Positions 48,153 to 57,736 of a stretch of 64,000 bases of DNA are shown one piece after another. The notes beneath the pieces were generated by a model. The model was not told where the DNA came from and ran no database searches. It worked only from the letters and a program-made list of their open reading frames with translations. The DNA lies in contig CBDDTI010000747.1 in the NCBI GenBank assembly GCA_965233585.1, positions 256,001 to 320,000 of the forward strand, given 5' to 3'. This DNA comes from a bacterium (GTDB lineage: Bacteria > SAR324 > NAC60-12). A program made the position numbers and the translations under genes. The first letter of the stretch is position 1, and each line of letters begins with the position of its first letter.

Positions 48153-50273
48153 CTAAAATCCGATTTTAGCTTTAGCATCTTGTTGCATTTTGACTTCTTC
48201 TTGCAGTCTCTTGATGAAGTCATCAATGTCCTGAATGGGTCTAAAGCGATGTTGTCTTAACACAGTGGCAAAATTCCCCGGCGTCATCTGATGCAAAAGG
48301 CGAGCAACTTTTTTTTGTGAAGCAGCCGTGATTTTTAGGTTTGCAGACTGACCATAAACTTTGAAAATTTCCCAAATCTGTTTAGGATTGAGCTGTTTAA
48401 ATTCTGCTTTAATGTCAAAACGTCTGATGCTGGCTTTGTCTAAATTGTCAACAAGATTGGTCGTTGCGATAAAAATACCATCAAAATTTTCCATTTGCTG
48501 AAGCATTTCATTGACTTGCGTCACTTCCCAAGTCCGTTGTGCTTGTTCTCTTGATTGTAAAAAGCTGTCCACTTCATCAAAGACAAGCACCCCGTCTTGC
48601 CTCTTGGCTTCTTCAAAAGCAGAGGCGATGTTTTTTTCTGACTCACCAATCCACATACTCAACAAATCGCTCCCTTTTTTTAAGATGAAAGGCTTGCCTA
48701 AGATCTCAGCCACATATTTGGCAAAAGCACTTTTGCCTGTACCTGGCACACCATAAAGGCAGATTCTTGCATTGGGATTGGCTTCTAAATCTTGCGTGAG
48801 TTGTTGTAGGTTGATTTGACAATTCACAAAGTTTGGATTGTATTCAGCGGGCATGCTGTCAGCAAAATTAATGGCTGGATAGCCTTGTGCTTTCAAAATA
48901 GAGTTGAGATTTTGGACAAAGGCTTGGTCGCTATTTTTGACTTTAGCAGTGCGAATCACCTCAGCAGTATTAGTAATCAATGATGGTGCAACTTTGCCGT
49001 GGGAGGCGATCGCTTTGATGCTTTTTTCACTCAAGAGGTTTTTGGCTTGTTTGCGGATCAATGCCATCGTTTTTTCTTGGGGCAGAATAGGCATTTCAAT
49101 CACAATGTTAAACCGTCTTAAAGTGGCGCTGTCCATCATCTGAACATTGTTGGTCAGCCAAAGTGTTGGAATCGCATTGGTTTCTAGGTCTTGGTTGAGG
49201 TGTGCTTTATCGCCCAAGATGCCTGTCCAAAAATTGATGACAAACACATCTTCTGCCTCGTCATAAAGAAGGAGTGTTTTTTTGGAGGTTAAAAAAGACT
49301 GTGCAAAACGATATTGTCCGATTCGTGAAGACATTTTTTCATTGCGGATTTGTGGTAGCTCGGTGTTGATATGGAACAGTTTGATTTTTAAAGATTCTGC
49401 CAAAGTCTTAACCAACTCGGTTTTACCTGTACCAGGCTTGCCATGAATCAGAATGTTGACACCTTTTTGGCGGGACAAAATCGTTTGTTTGAGGTAAGGA
49501 ATCAGAACATCAAGTTCTTTTTGAATGTGCGTGTAGTCTTGTAGTTTCAATTGAGCAGGCTGGGTGGGGGTAATGTACCGACCCAAAAGCTCTTCAATCT
49601 GATAATGACAAACTTCTTGTGCAAAGTCATTGGTCATAAATTCTATTTCTTCTCCGTCTCCGTGACGACCGGGTACGATGTTCATCAGTTTAGAATCATA
49701 CAAATGAGAACCAGACCTGAAGGCATTGATGACCTGATGTTCTTTGACATCAACCATGATGGCTAACAATTTTTTGATGGGCAAAATTTCATGGTCAAAG
49801 TAATCACTTTCAATTAAATCAATCATGTTTTTGAGTAAATAGACACTTTCCATTAAAATCGCACATTCCAAAATTTCTACTTCTTTTGGATTCAGGTTCA
49901 TCATGTCTTGAAGTGTTGCCAGATTTTTGGCAAGGATTGGGTAGGTTTTGAGAGGTTTTTTGCGTTCCAGTTTGAGACGTTTTTGAGCAACTTGAATTTT
50001 CAGTTCTTGGACAGACTCCTTGACCACTGAGGGAGGAATGATGTCCATCTCTTCGTCTTCACTTTCACTGATAGATGGCAGCCCTACCAATTTATTGATA
50101 ATTCTGACCTTTTCTGATTCGTATTTGTGAACGAAGAAGTCATACATGTCCAAACCTTCAATGAGACGAAGGCAAAAAAGAGAGGCTTTGTCTGCAATCT
50201 TTTTGTCCAAAAGCCATTCATTTCTGAGCTGAACGTCAGTGCCAGTAGAAAACTTACGTCTGTATCTTCTCAT
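48153..50273 (-). CDS. Dual-AAA+ ATPase
   Basis: Walker A 'GKPGTGKT' and 'GVPGTGKS'; Walker B 'LLLYDEAE' and 'VLVFDEVD'; SRH 'LDKASIRRFD'; C-terminal 'IGF'. Confidence 0.9.
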   Translation of the reverse strand: MRRYRRKFSTGTDVQLRNEWLLDKKIADKASLFCLRLIEGLDMYDFFVHKYESEKVRIINKLVGLPSISESEDEEMDIIPPSVVKESVQELKIQVAQKRLKLERKKPLKTYPILAKNLATLQDMMNLNPKEVEILECAILMESVYLLKNMIDLIESDYFDHEILPIKKLLAIMVDVKEHQVINAFRSGSHLYDSKLMNIVPGRHGDGEEIEFMTNDFAQEVCHYQIEELLGRYITPTQPAQLKLQDYTHIQKELDVLIPYLKQTILSRQKGVNILIHGKPGTGKTELVKTLAESLKIKLFHINTELPQIRNEKMSSRIGQYRFAQSFLTSKKTLLLYDEAEDVFVINFWTGILGDKAHLNQDLETNAIPTLWLTNNVQMMDSATLRRFNIVIEMPILPQEKTMALIRKQAKNLLSEKSIKAIASHGKVAPSLITNTAEVIRTAKVKNSDQAFVQNLNSILKAQGYPAINFADSMPAEYNPNFVNCQINLQQLTQDLEANPNARICLYGVPGTGKSAFAKYVAEILGKPFILKKGSDLLSMWIGESEKNIASAFEEAKRQDGVLVFDEVDSFLQSREQAQRTWEVTQVNEMLQQMENFDGIFIATTNLVDNLDKASIRRFDIKAEFKQLNPKQIWEIFKVYGQSANLKITAASQKKVARLLHQMTPGNFATVLRQHRFRPIQDIDDFIKRLQEEVKMQQDAKAKIGF

Positions 50274-50518
50274 AGAAACCTCCTTAAAAAATGTGTTAGT
50301 TTGAAGTGGTGGGTAAGATGTGAAAGAAACTCAGGATACCAACACTCTTTGCAAAAAGAAAGACCTGTCAGAAGGGATTTTGTCAATAGAAGTGGCTCAT
50401 TTTATTTTTTATCATAAAAATAAATTTCAGGTTCAGAGGAATCCATTGTCAATGATTTAGGGATTGCATGTGTGGAGAGATTCCCTTACGATGACAGGTT
50501 CTTTTGCAAAAAATATTT

Positions 50519-51278
50519 GGTATTGTTAAACTATAAGTGATATGCGATATTAAGTTCATTTAATTGAATTGATAGTCATGGTGTAGCAATGAAGTTGTGT
50601 CCTAGATGTGAAAGTGAGAAGACGGTTAAGAATGGTTTCTTATATGGTAAACCGAGGAGGCGTTGCAATGCCTGCAACTATCAATATACCAAGTCCTATC
50701 GTGGTCAAATCTCACCACAGATCAAAAGAAGAGCATTAGAGTTGTATTTGGAGGGTCTTGGTTTCAGGTCAATCGGTCGTTTGCTGAATTGTTCTCATGT
50801 TTCAGTTTATAATTGGGTCTGTAGTTTTGGCGAACAGCTCAAGGCATTAAGAAAGGACACAGACATTGAAATTATGGAAATTGATGAAATGCACACCTAC
50901 ATCCAGTCAAAAAAAACTACTGCTGGCTCTGGATTGCTGTTGATAGATGTGGGAAGCAATTTATCAATTGTGTGCTTGGAAACAGAGACTCAAAAGCCTG
51001 TAGGCATTTATGGGACAAGGTCAAGGAAACAAAACCTCTTCAGGTGATGACTGATCACTGCAAGGCTTACAAACAAGTCATTCCCAAAGAAATTCATACA
51101 TGTTCCAAGGCAGAAACATACACGATAGAAGGGTATAATTCTCTCTTGAGACATTTCTTGGCAAGAATGAGAAGGAAAACCAAATGTTACAGCAAGTCTC
51201 TTAAAGCATTACAATATTCTGTTCTTTTGTTCATGGCAAAACGGAATAATCAGCTATCACTTATTACTTAACAATGCC
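50519..51278 (+). mobile_element. IS1-family insertion sequence (760 bp), copy A2
   Basis: Near-identical inverted copy of 45381-46140 with a few substitutions (e.g. MKSC versus MKLC). Confidence 0.93.
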
Positions 51279-51412
51279 CTTGAGACATTTCTTGGCAAGA
51301 ATGAGAAGGAAAACCAAATGTTACAGCAAGTCTCTTAAAGCATTACAATATTCTGTTCTTTCGTTCATGGCAAAACGGAACAATCAGCTATCACTTATTA
51401 CTTAACAATGCC
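51279..51412 (+). mobile_element. Duplicated 134-bp right end of the same IS1
   Basis: Direct repeat of 51145-51278 with 2 substitutions, ending in the terminal IR ...CTTAACAATGCC. Confidence 0.9.
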
Positions 51413-51446
51413 TATATTTTTCATTACAAAACTATCGCCATATACC

Positions 51447-51473
51447 AAAGCCACCTTATAATAAGGTGGCTTT
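51447..51473. terminator. Intrinsic terminator-like hairpin
   Basis: AAAGCCACCTTA-TAA-TAAGGTGGCTTT, downstream of the minus-strand AhpD-like gene. Confidence 0.7.
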
Positions 51474-51507
51474 ATTTTACAAAAAATTATCTGTCGTCTG
51501 GATGTGT

Positions 51508-52044
51508 CTAGGCGTATTGTTCCACCACTTCATTCAGGCGGGTGTTGGCAAGGGCATTGGTGAAATTCGAAATGGTCTTGGCGGCAATTCCCACCAATAC
51601 TTCCAATGCTTGGCGTTTGGTGTATCCAGCATCTAAGAATGCTTGTAAACCGTCTTCGCCAATCCGTCCACGGGTTTGGATAATCGCCTTGGTATATGTG
51701 CGTAATGCTTCTAATTTTGTATCACTTAATGGGGTGCCCTCCCGTAATGCCTCGATAATATCATCGGATATTTTTTGCATTTTCATCAATATGGTATGCC
51801 CTGGTATACAGTAATGACACCTGTTTTCAAAATTCATGGTCATAAACACGACTTGTTGCTCAGTGGCATCAAAAGTACTTTTTTTGCCAAATAATTCCAT
51901 AGTCGTTAAATACGCCTCATATGCGGCGGGGGCTTCGGCTAAGATTTTGTGCATATCAGGGACTCTGCCAAAACTTGCCGCAGATTTTTCCATTAAGGCT
52001 TTTGATTCTTCTGGTGCCGTATCGATTTCATGGTATGTAAACAT
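51508..52044 (-). CDS. Carboxymuconolactone decarboxylase/AhpD-like protein
   Basis: 'ENRCHYCIPGH', 'FLDAGYT', 'KTISNFTN'. Confidence 0.88.
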   Translation of the reverse strand: MFTYHEIDTAPEESKALMEKSAASFGRVPDMHKILAEAPAAYEAYLTTMELFGKKSTFDATEQQVVFMTMNFENRCHYCIPGHTILMKMQKISDDIIEALREGTPLSDTKLEALRTYTKAIIQTRGRIGEDGLQAFLDAGYTKRQALEVLVGIAAKTISNFTNALANTRLNEVVEQYA

Positions 52045-52183
52045 AGGATTTTCCTTTCTTTATCTCTATGAGGATTATTATTGTGATGTATATTATATTA
52101 TATAAATGTATGTGTGTCAATATTTGATATATGAAATAAAATAGTATATATTCATATCAGAAATATGTAAAACGTATAAGACA

Positions 52184-52906
52184 ATGCGATATGCAACAAA
52201 AAATATAGCTATTATTGGTGCCAATGGGGCGTTGGGACATGCGTTTATATACGCATATGCCCAGCAGAACCATACCATATATGCGTTTAGCCGTGCCCCT
52301 GTTCAAAATCCCGTCGATGGTGTCATATATCACATGATGGATTATTTGGACGAAACATCCATTGCCCATGCTGTACAACACAGTACCAAAGCAGGAATGC
52401 TGGATATGGTTATTGTAGCGACAGGGCTTTTACATATGGATACGATATTACCAGAAAAATCCATTAAGCATATATCCGCCCACAATATGCAATCGTTGTT
52501 TATGGCAAATACAGTGGTTCCATCGTTGTTGGCAAAACACTTTTTACCATATCTAAGACGACACAGCAGGGCGATATTTACCGCCTTATCCGCACGAGTC
52601 GGCAGTATATCCGACAACCGCTTGGGCGGGTGGTATGCGTATCGCACTTCTAAGGCGGGGCTAAATATGATGATAAAAGGGCTTAGCATTGAAATGAGCC
52701 GTACCCACCCCCAGGCTATTGTTGTGGGATTGCACCCCGGTACAGTGGACAGCAATTTGTCAAAACCATTTCAAGCCAATGTGCCCATGGGAAAATTATT
52801 CACCCCATCCCAATCCGCACAGTATTTAATATCCGTTCTGGATGGTTTAAACCCCATCGATACAGGGCGATGTTTTGCTTGGGATGGTACAGAAGTATAT
52901 CCATAA
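52184..52906 (+). CDS. Short-chain dehydrogenase/reductase (C-factor/CsgA-like)
   Basis: 'IIGANGALG', 'LSARVGSISDNRLGGWYAYRTSKAGLN', 'LHPGTVDS.LSKPF'. Confidence 0.92.
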   Translation: MRYATKNIAIIGANGALGHAFIYAYAQQNHTIYAFSRAPVQNPVDGVIYHMMDYLDETSIAHAVQHSTKAGMLDMVIVATGLLHMDTILPEKSIKHISAHNMQSLFMANTVVPSLLAKHFLPYLRRHSRAIFTALSARVGSISDNRLGGWYAYRTSKAGLNMMIKGLSIEMSRTHPQAIVVGLHPGTVDSNLSKPFQANVPMGKLFTPSQSAQYLISVLDGLNPIDTGRCFAWDGTEVYP

Positions 52907-52935
52907 TGTAAGATGTATTATAAGGAATATCACAT

Positions 52936-54342
52936 ATGGCACATATCGTTTGGTTTCGTCAAGATTTACGGTTGCAGGATAATCCTGCCTTGTATCATGC
53001 GTGTAAAATGGGCGACATATTGCCAATTTATATACACGATACATATAATCCAAACGATACTGAATCCATGGGAGGTGCAAGTAAGGTTTGGCTACACCAT
53101 GCCCTACAAGCATTAAATAAAAGTTTACATGGCAGCCTGTCTGTATTTGCAGGCAATCCACAACAGATATTATCCGATTTAACAAACAAATATTCTGTGC
53201 AATCGATACATTGGAATCGATGTTATGAACCCTGGCAAATCCAACGCGACACATATTTAAAAAGCATTTTACCTGTTCAGGTAGCCAGTTACAATGGCAC
53301 ATTGTTATGGGAACCTTGGCAAATTACCAAAGCGGATGGTACGCCCTATTTAGTGTTTACACCATTTTATAAACGGGGGTGCTTAAACGCATCGCCCCCA
53401 ACGATGCCCTTACCTGTGCCAAAAAATATATCCATATTCCCACATAAAGAACATACGCATATTGAAGATTTACGGTTATTACCGACCCATCCTGCGTGGC
53501 ATACAAATACCATTATGCAGTATTGGAAAATGGGGGAAACGCAAGCACACAAAGCATTTAAAATATTTTTACAATCTGCTTTACCTGTATATAAACAAGG
53601 GCGGGATATACCATCGGTGAATCAAACTTCCCGCTTGGCACCGCATATTCATTTTGGGGAAATATCAGTGCGATATTTATGGCACATGGTATCGCAACAG
53701 CCCGAAAGTGAACACAAAGATACATTTTTATCTGAGCTGGGATGGCGGGAATTTGCGTATAACCAATTGTATTATAATCCCGATTTACCGATAAAAAATA
53801 TTAAGCCAAAATTCGACCACTTTCCATGGGGGGCGAATACAGAATATATTCGACCATGGCAACAGGGGATGACTGGTATTCCCATGGTGGATGCGGGTAT
53901 GCGCCAATTGTGGCAAACGGGATATATGCACAACCGTGTGCGTATGATAGTGGGATCATTTTTGGTTAAAAATTTGATGACCCATTGGCATCATGGGGAA
54001 CGATGGTTTTGGGATTGCTTGTGCGATGCGGATATGGCAAGCAATTCTGCCAGCTGGCAATGGGTGGCGGGCTGTGGTTTGGATGCCAGTCCGTTTTTCC
54101 GTATTTTTAACCCCATAACACAAGGGCAGAAATTCGACCCCGATGGTACATATATTCGTACCTTTATTCCCGAACTGTCCGCATTAAGTAACGATTATAT
54201 CCACGCCCCATATACGGCCCCGCCGATGGTATTACAATCGGCGGGGATTACACTGGGCAAAACATACCCTTATCCAATCGTCGATATAAAACAATCCAGA
54301 TTGCAAGCATTAAATGGATTACACCATATAAAAAACATGTAG
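52936..54342 (+). CDS. phrB: Class I CPD photolyase
   Basis: 'WFRQDLRLQDNPAL', 'SRLAPHIHFGEIS', 'ELGWREF', 'TGYMHNRVRMIVGSFL', 'WQWVAGCG', 'RIFNP'. Confidence 0.93.
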   Translation: MAHIVWFRQDLRLQDNPALYHACKMGDILPIYIHDTYNPNDTESMGGASKVWLHHALQALNKSLHGSLSVFAGNPQQILSDLTNKYSVQSIHWNRCYEPWQIQRDTYLKSILPVQVASYNGTLLWEPWQITKADGTPYLVFTPFYKRGCLNASPPTMPLPVPKNISIFPHKEHTHIEDLRLLPTHPAWHTNTIMQYWKMGETQAHKAFKIFLQSALPVYKQGRDIPSVNQTSRLAPHIHFGEISVRYLWHMVSQQPESEHKDTFLSELGWREFAYNQLYYNPDLPIKNIKPKFDHFPWGANTEYIRPWQQGMTGIPMVDAGMRQLWQTGYMHNRVRMIVGSFLVKNLMTHWHHGERWFWDCLCDADMASNSASWQWVAGCGLDASPFFRIFNPITQGQKFDPDGTYIRTFIPELSALSNDYIHAPYTAPPMVLQSAGITLGKTYPYPIVDIKQSRLQALNGLHHIKNM

Positions 54343-54611
54343 ATTAGAGGATTTATATACTAGACTCTGTATTTATTTTTTGGGCTAACCCAGATTATGC
54401 AAACCAATTATCTAGCTCAAAATTAAAAGACATTAGATTTCAAGATTAATGACCTATAAAAAAGTAGTTGCTAATCATGTAGGCGGCGGTGTAAACTTGA
54501 CCCACAATAAAGCTAATAGCTATTGATGACAACCAAACACATGATTTTTTAGCTTAAAGTTTTCTACGAAAGTTATTAATTTTTTGCAACTACCTAATTT
54601 GAGGAATCCCA

Positions 54612-56004
54612 ATGAACTTACAAACTTTGATTAGCACGTCTGTTGTGGCAACTGGATTGTCTTTTGTTCTCTTTGCTTGTAACAAAGGTTTGAAAGAAGA
54701 TAAAAAAGACAATGAGCCTAACACAACACCACCTACTTTGCCAAGCTCTCTTGCCGCAAGCAATATCACAAACAGCAGAATAGACTTTTCATGGACAGCC
54801 TCAGAAGATGTTGACCAAGATGAAATCAGTTACCTAGTCTCTTACAAAAAGCAAAATGATTCATGGAGCGAAGAAATTTCTACTAACCAAAACAAATATA
54901 CTCTGAAGAATTTAGAGAGAGGTGCAAGCTATTTATTCCGAGTGAGAGCAAAAGACAGTCAAGGAGACCATAGTCAATATGCCACAAGTCCATTGATTCA
55001 AACTTCATTAGAAATCGTGTTAGGTGGAAAGTATGGCGAACGAGCTGACCACATGATACAAACAAGGGACAAAGGCTATGTCATTACAGGGTCTAAAAGG
55101 AGAGCGTTACCCCCCAGTGCTACAAGAGATGCTTATATTCTCAAATTAGATTCCGCTTTCAATCTTGAGTGGGAAAAGATTCTCATGTATTCCTACGAGG
55201 GGCTGTCCGTTATCCAAAAAACTAATAGCCACTACGTGATTGGAACTGACACTAATGCGCTTTGGGAATTGAATCCATCAGGAAAGCAAGTATCCAAGAA
55301 AGATTTTACAGCAGGAAGATTATTTGCTGCCAAACAGCTCATTCAAACTAGCGACAACGGCTATGCTTTCTTAGGAGCTTCAGCAACTTTGATAGGGGGG
55401 TGGTGCAGTCAGAAGAAAAAGATATGATTCAACAATTTTAAAAATTAAGGCAGACGAGACAAGACAATGGGTTGCAAATGTAGCAAACATCTCGCCTTCT
55501 TTCTTCATACAAAGCAATGATTCTCATTATGTTTTGGCAGGTACAGAAAATAGAAGATCAGCAGTCGTGTTGAAACTAAATTCCACTAGTCAAACCACCA
55601 TCTGGAGAAAAAGTTTTTCTGCTAGATATGCTGATTTTGTGATTCAAACTAATGATTCTCACTATGTTGTAGCAGGCAGGAAAAATGATAATGCTTGGGT
55701 CGCAAAGTTCAAGTCAACAGACCAAACAATCATCTGGGAAAAGACATTTAATCATCTTGATAGAGCATATACCATTATTCAGACAAGTGATGGGGGCTAT
55801 TTGGTCATAGCTAATGATGATTGGATTTTAAAACTAGATAGTTCAGGGAACAAAATTTGGGATAAAGCTTTTGGTGGTATAGGTTTGACTATGACTGAAA
55901 CAGACGATGGTCATTACATTGTTGCAGGTTTCACGACTGACAAAGGTGCAGGTCAAGAAGATATATGGATTGTAAAATTAGACACTCAAGGAAATTTGAA
56001 GTAG
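54612..56004 (+). pseudogene. FN3 + propeller-like repeat lipoprotein, copy 1 (frameshift in a G6 run)
   Basis: Lipobox LFA/C, FN3 domain and 'IQTxDxGY...LKLDSSG..IWDK.FGG' repeats. Removing one G from GGGGGG (55395-55400) joins ORFs 54612-55427 and 55534-56004. Confidence 0.85.
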
Positions 56005-56047
56005 ATAGAGTTTTTTTACAGAGAACTTGGCAGAATAGAAACGATTT

Positions 56048-56180
56048 TTTGGATTGTATGTATCGTGTATATAAATCGGCAATATGTCGCCCATTTTACA
56101 TGCATGATATGAGGCGGGATTATCCTGCAACCGTAAATCTTGACGAAACCAAACAATATGTGCCATACGTGATATTCCTT
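56048..56180 (-). pseudogene. Inverted 5' fragment of the photolyase gene
   Basis: Reverse complement of ~52922-53054 with about 8 substitutions; encodes MAHIVWFRQDLRLQDNPA... Confidence 0.9.
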
Positions 56181-56337
56181 TAAAAATAGTTGCTAATAAC
56201 GCAGACAGTTGGGATAATACTGAGCTAGACAAGCTGAGAATTATTGATGTCAAATATGGCAAACACATGATTTTTTAGCTTAAAGTTTTCTACGAAAGTT
56301 ATTAATTTTTTGCAACTACCTAATTTGAGGAATCCCA

Positions 56338-57726
56338 ATGAACTTACAAACTTTGATTAGCACGTCTGTTGTGGCAACTGGATTGTCTTTTGTTCTCTTT
56401 GCTTGTAACAAAGGTTTGAAAGAAGATAAAAAAGACAATGAGCCTAACACAACACCACCTACTTTGCCAAGCTCTCTTACCGCAAGCAATATCACAAATA
56501 GCAGAATAGACTTTTCATGGACAGCATCAGAAGACGCTGACCAAGATGAAATCAGCTACCTAGTCTCTTACAAAAAGCAAAATGACTCATGGAACAAAGA
56601 AATTTCTACTAACCAAAACAAATATACTCTGAAGAATTTAGAGAGAGGTGCAAGCTATTTATTCCGGGTGAGAGCAAAAGATAGCCAAGGAGACCATAGT
56701 CAATATGCCACAAGTCCATTGATTCAAACTTCATTAGAAATCGTATTAGGTGGAAAGACTGGAGAGAGGGCTGACCACATGATACAAACGAATGACAAAG
56801 GCTATGTCATTACAGGATATAAGAAAAGATACTTGCCCCCCAGTACTATAAGAGATATTTATGTTGTCAAATTAGATTCTGCTTTCAATCTTGAGTGGGA
56901 AAAGGTTTCCATGTATGGGGACGATAGTCTGTCCGTTATCCAAAAAGCTAATGGTCATTATATGATCGGAACTGACGAAATGACACTTGTAGAGTTGAGT
57001 CCATCAGGAAAGCAAATATCCAGGAAAAATTTTACAGCAGGAAGATTCTTTTTTGTTAAACAGTTCACTCAAACTAGCGATAATGGCTATGCCTTTTTGG
57101 GTGGTACAGTAACTTTGGTCGGAGATGCCAAAAGATATGATTCAGGAATTTTAAAAGTTAAATCAGACGAGACAAAAGAATGGGTTGCAAATGTGGCGAA
57201 TATCATACCTTCTTCCTTCATACAAAGCAATGATTCTCATTATGTGATAGCAGGTACAGAAAATAGAAGATCAGCAGTCGTGTTGAAACTAAATTCCACT
57301 AGTCAAACCACCATCTGGAGAAAAAGTTTTTCTGCTAGATATGCTGATTTTGTGATCCAAACTAATGATTCTCACTATGTTGTAGCAGGCAGGAAAAACG
57401 ATGACGCTTGGGTCGCAAAGTTCAAGTCAACAGACCGAACAATCATCTGGGAAAAGACATTTGATCAGGAGGGCGATACTGATAGCGTACATTCCATTAT
57501 TCAGACAAGTGATGGCGGCTATGTGGTTCTAGCTAACGATGCTTGGATTTTAAAACTAGATAGTTCAGGGAACAAAGTTTGGGATAAAAACTTTGGAGGA
57601 GAAGGTTTGACTCTCACTGAAACAGACGATGGTCATTACATTGTTGCAGGTTTCACGACTGACAAAGGAGCAGGTCAAGAAGATATATGGATTGTAAAAT
57701 TAGACACTCAAGGAAATTTGAAGTAG
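56338..57726 (+). CDS. FN3 + propeller-like repeat lipoprotein, copy 2 (intact)
   Basis: 462 aa; paralog of copy 1. The duplicated unit is about 54534-56048 versus 56260-57768. Confidence 0.88.
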   Translation: MNLQTLISTSVVATGLSFVLFACNKGLKEDKKDNEPNTTPPTLPSSLTASNITNSRIDFSWTASEDADQDEISYLVSYKKQNDSWNKEISTNQNKYTLKNLERGASYLFRVRAKDSQGDHSQYATSPLIQTSLEIVLGGKTGERADHMIQTNDKGYVITGYKKRYLPPSTIRDIYVVKLDSAFNLEWEKVSMYGDDSLSVIQKANGHYMIGTDEMTLVELSPSGKQISRKNFTAGRFFFVKQFTQTSDNGYAFLGGTVTLVGDAKRYDSGILKVKSDETKEWVANVANIIPSSFIQSNDSHYVIAGTENRRSAVVLKLNSTSQTTIWRKSFSARYADFVIQTNDSHYVVAGRKNDDAWVAKFKSTDRTIIWEKTFDQEGDTDSVHSIIQTSDGGYVVLANDAWILKLDSSGNKVWDKNFGGEGLTLTETDDGHYIVAGFTTDKGAGQEDIWIVKLDTQGNLK

Positions 57727-57736
57727 ATAGAGTTTT

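Noticed and set aside
54478..54504. IS21-like terminal repeat TGTAGGCGGCGGTGTAAACTTGACCCA
   Set aside because: Single short resemblance with no partner end or istAB genes; cannot be supported.
54612..57726. Diversity-generating retroelement TR/VR pair
   Set aside because: No reverse transcriptase in the window; differences are not restricted to adenines and include indels.
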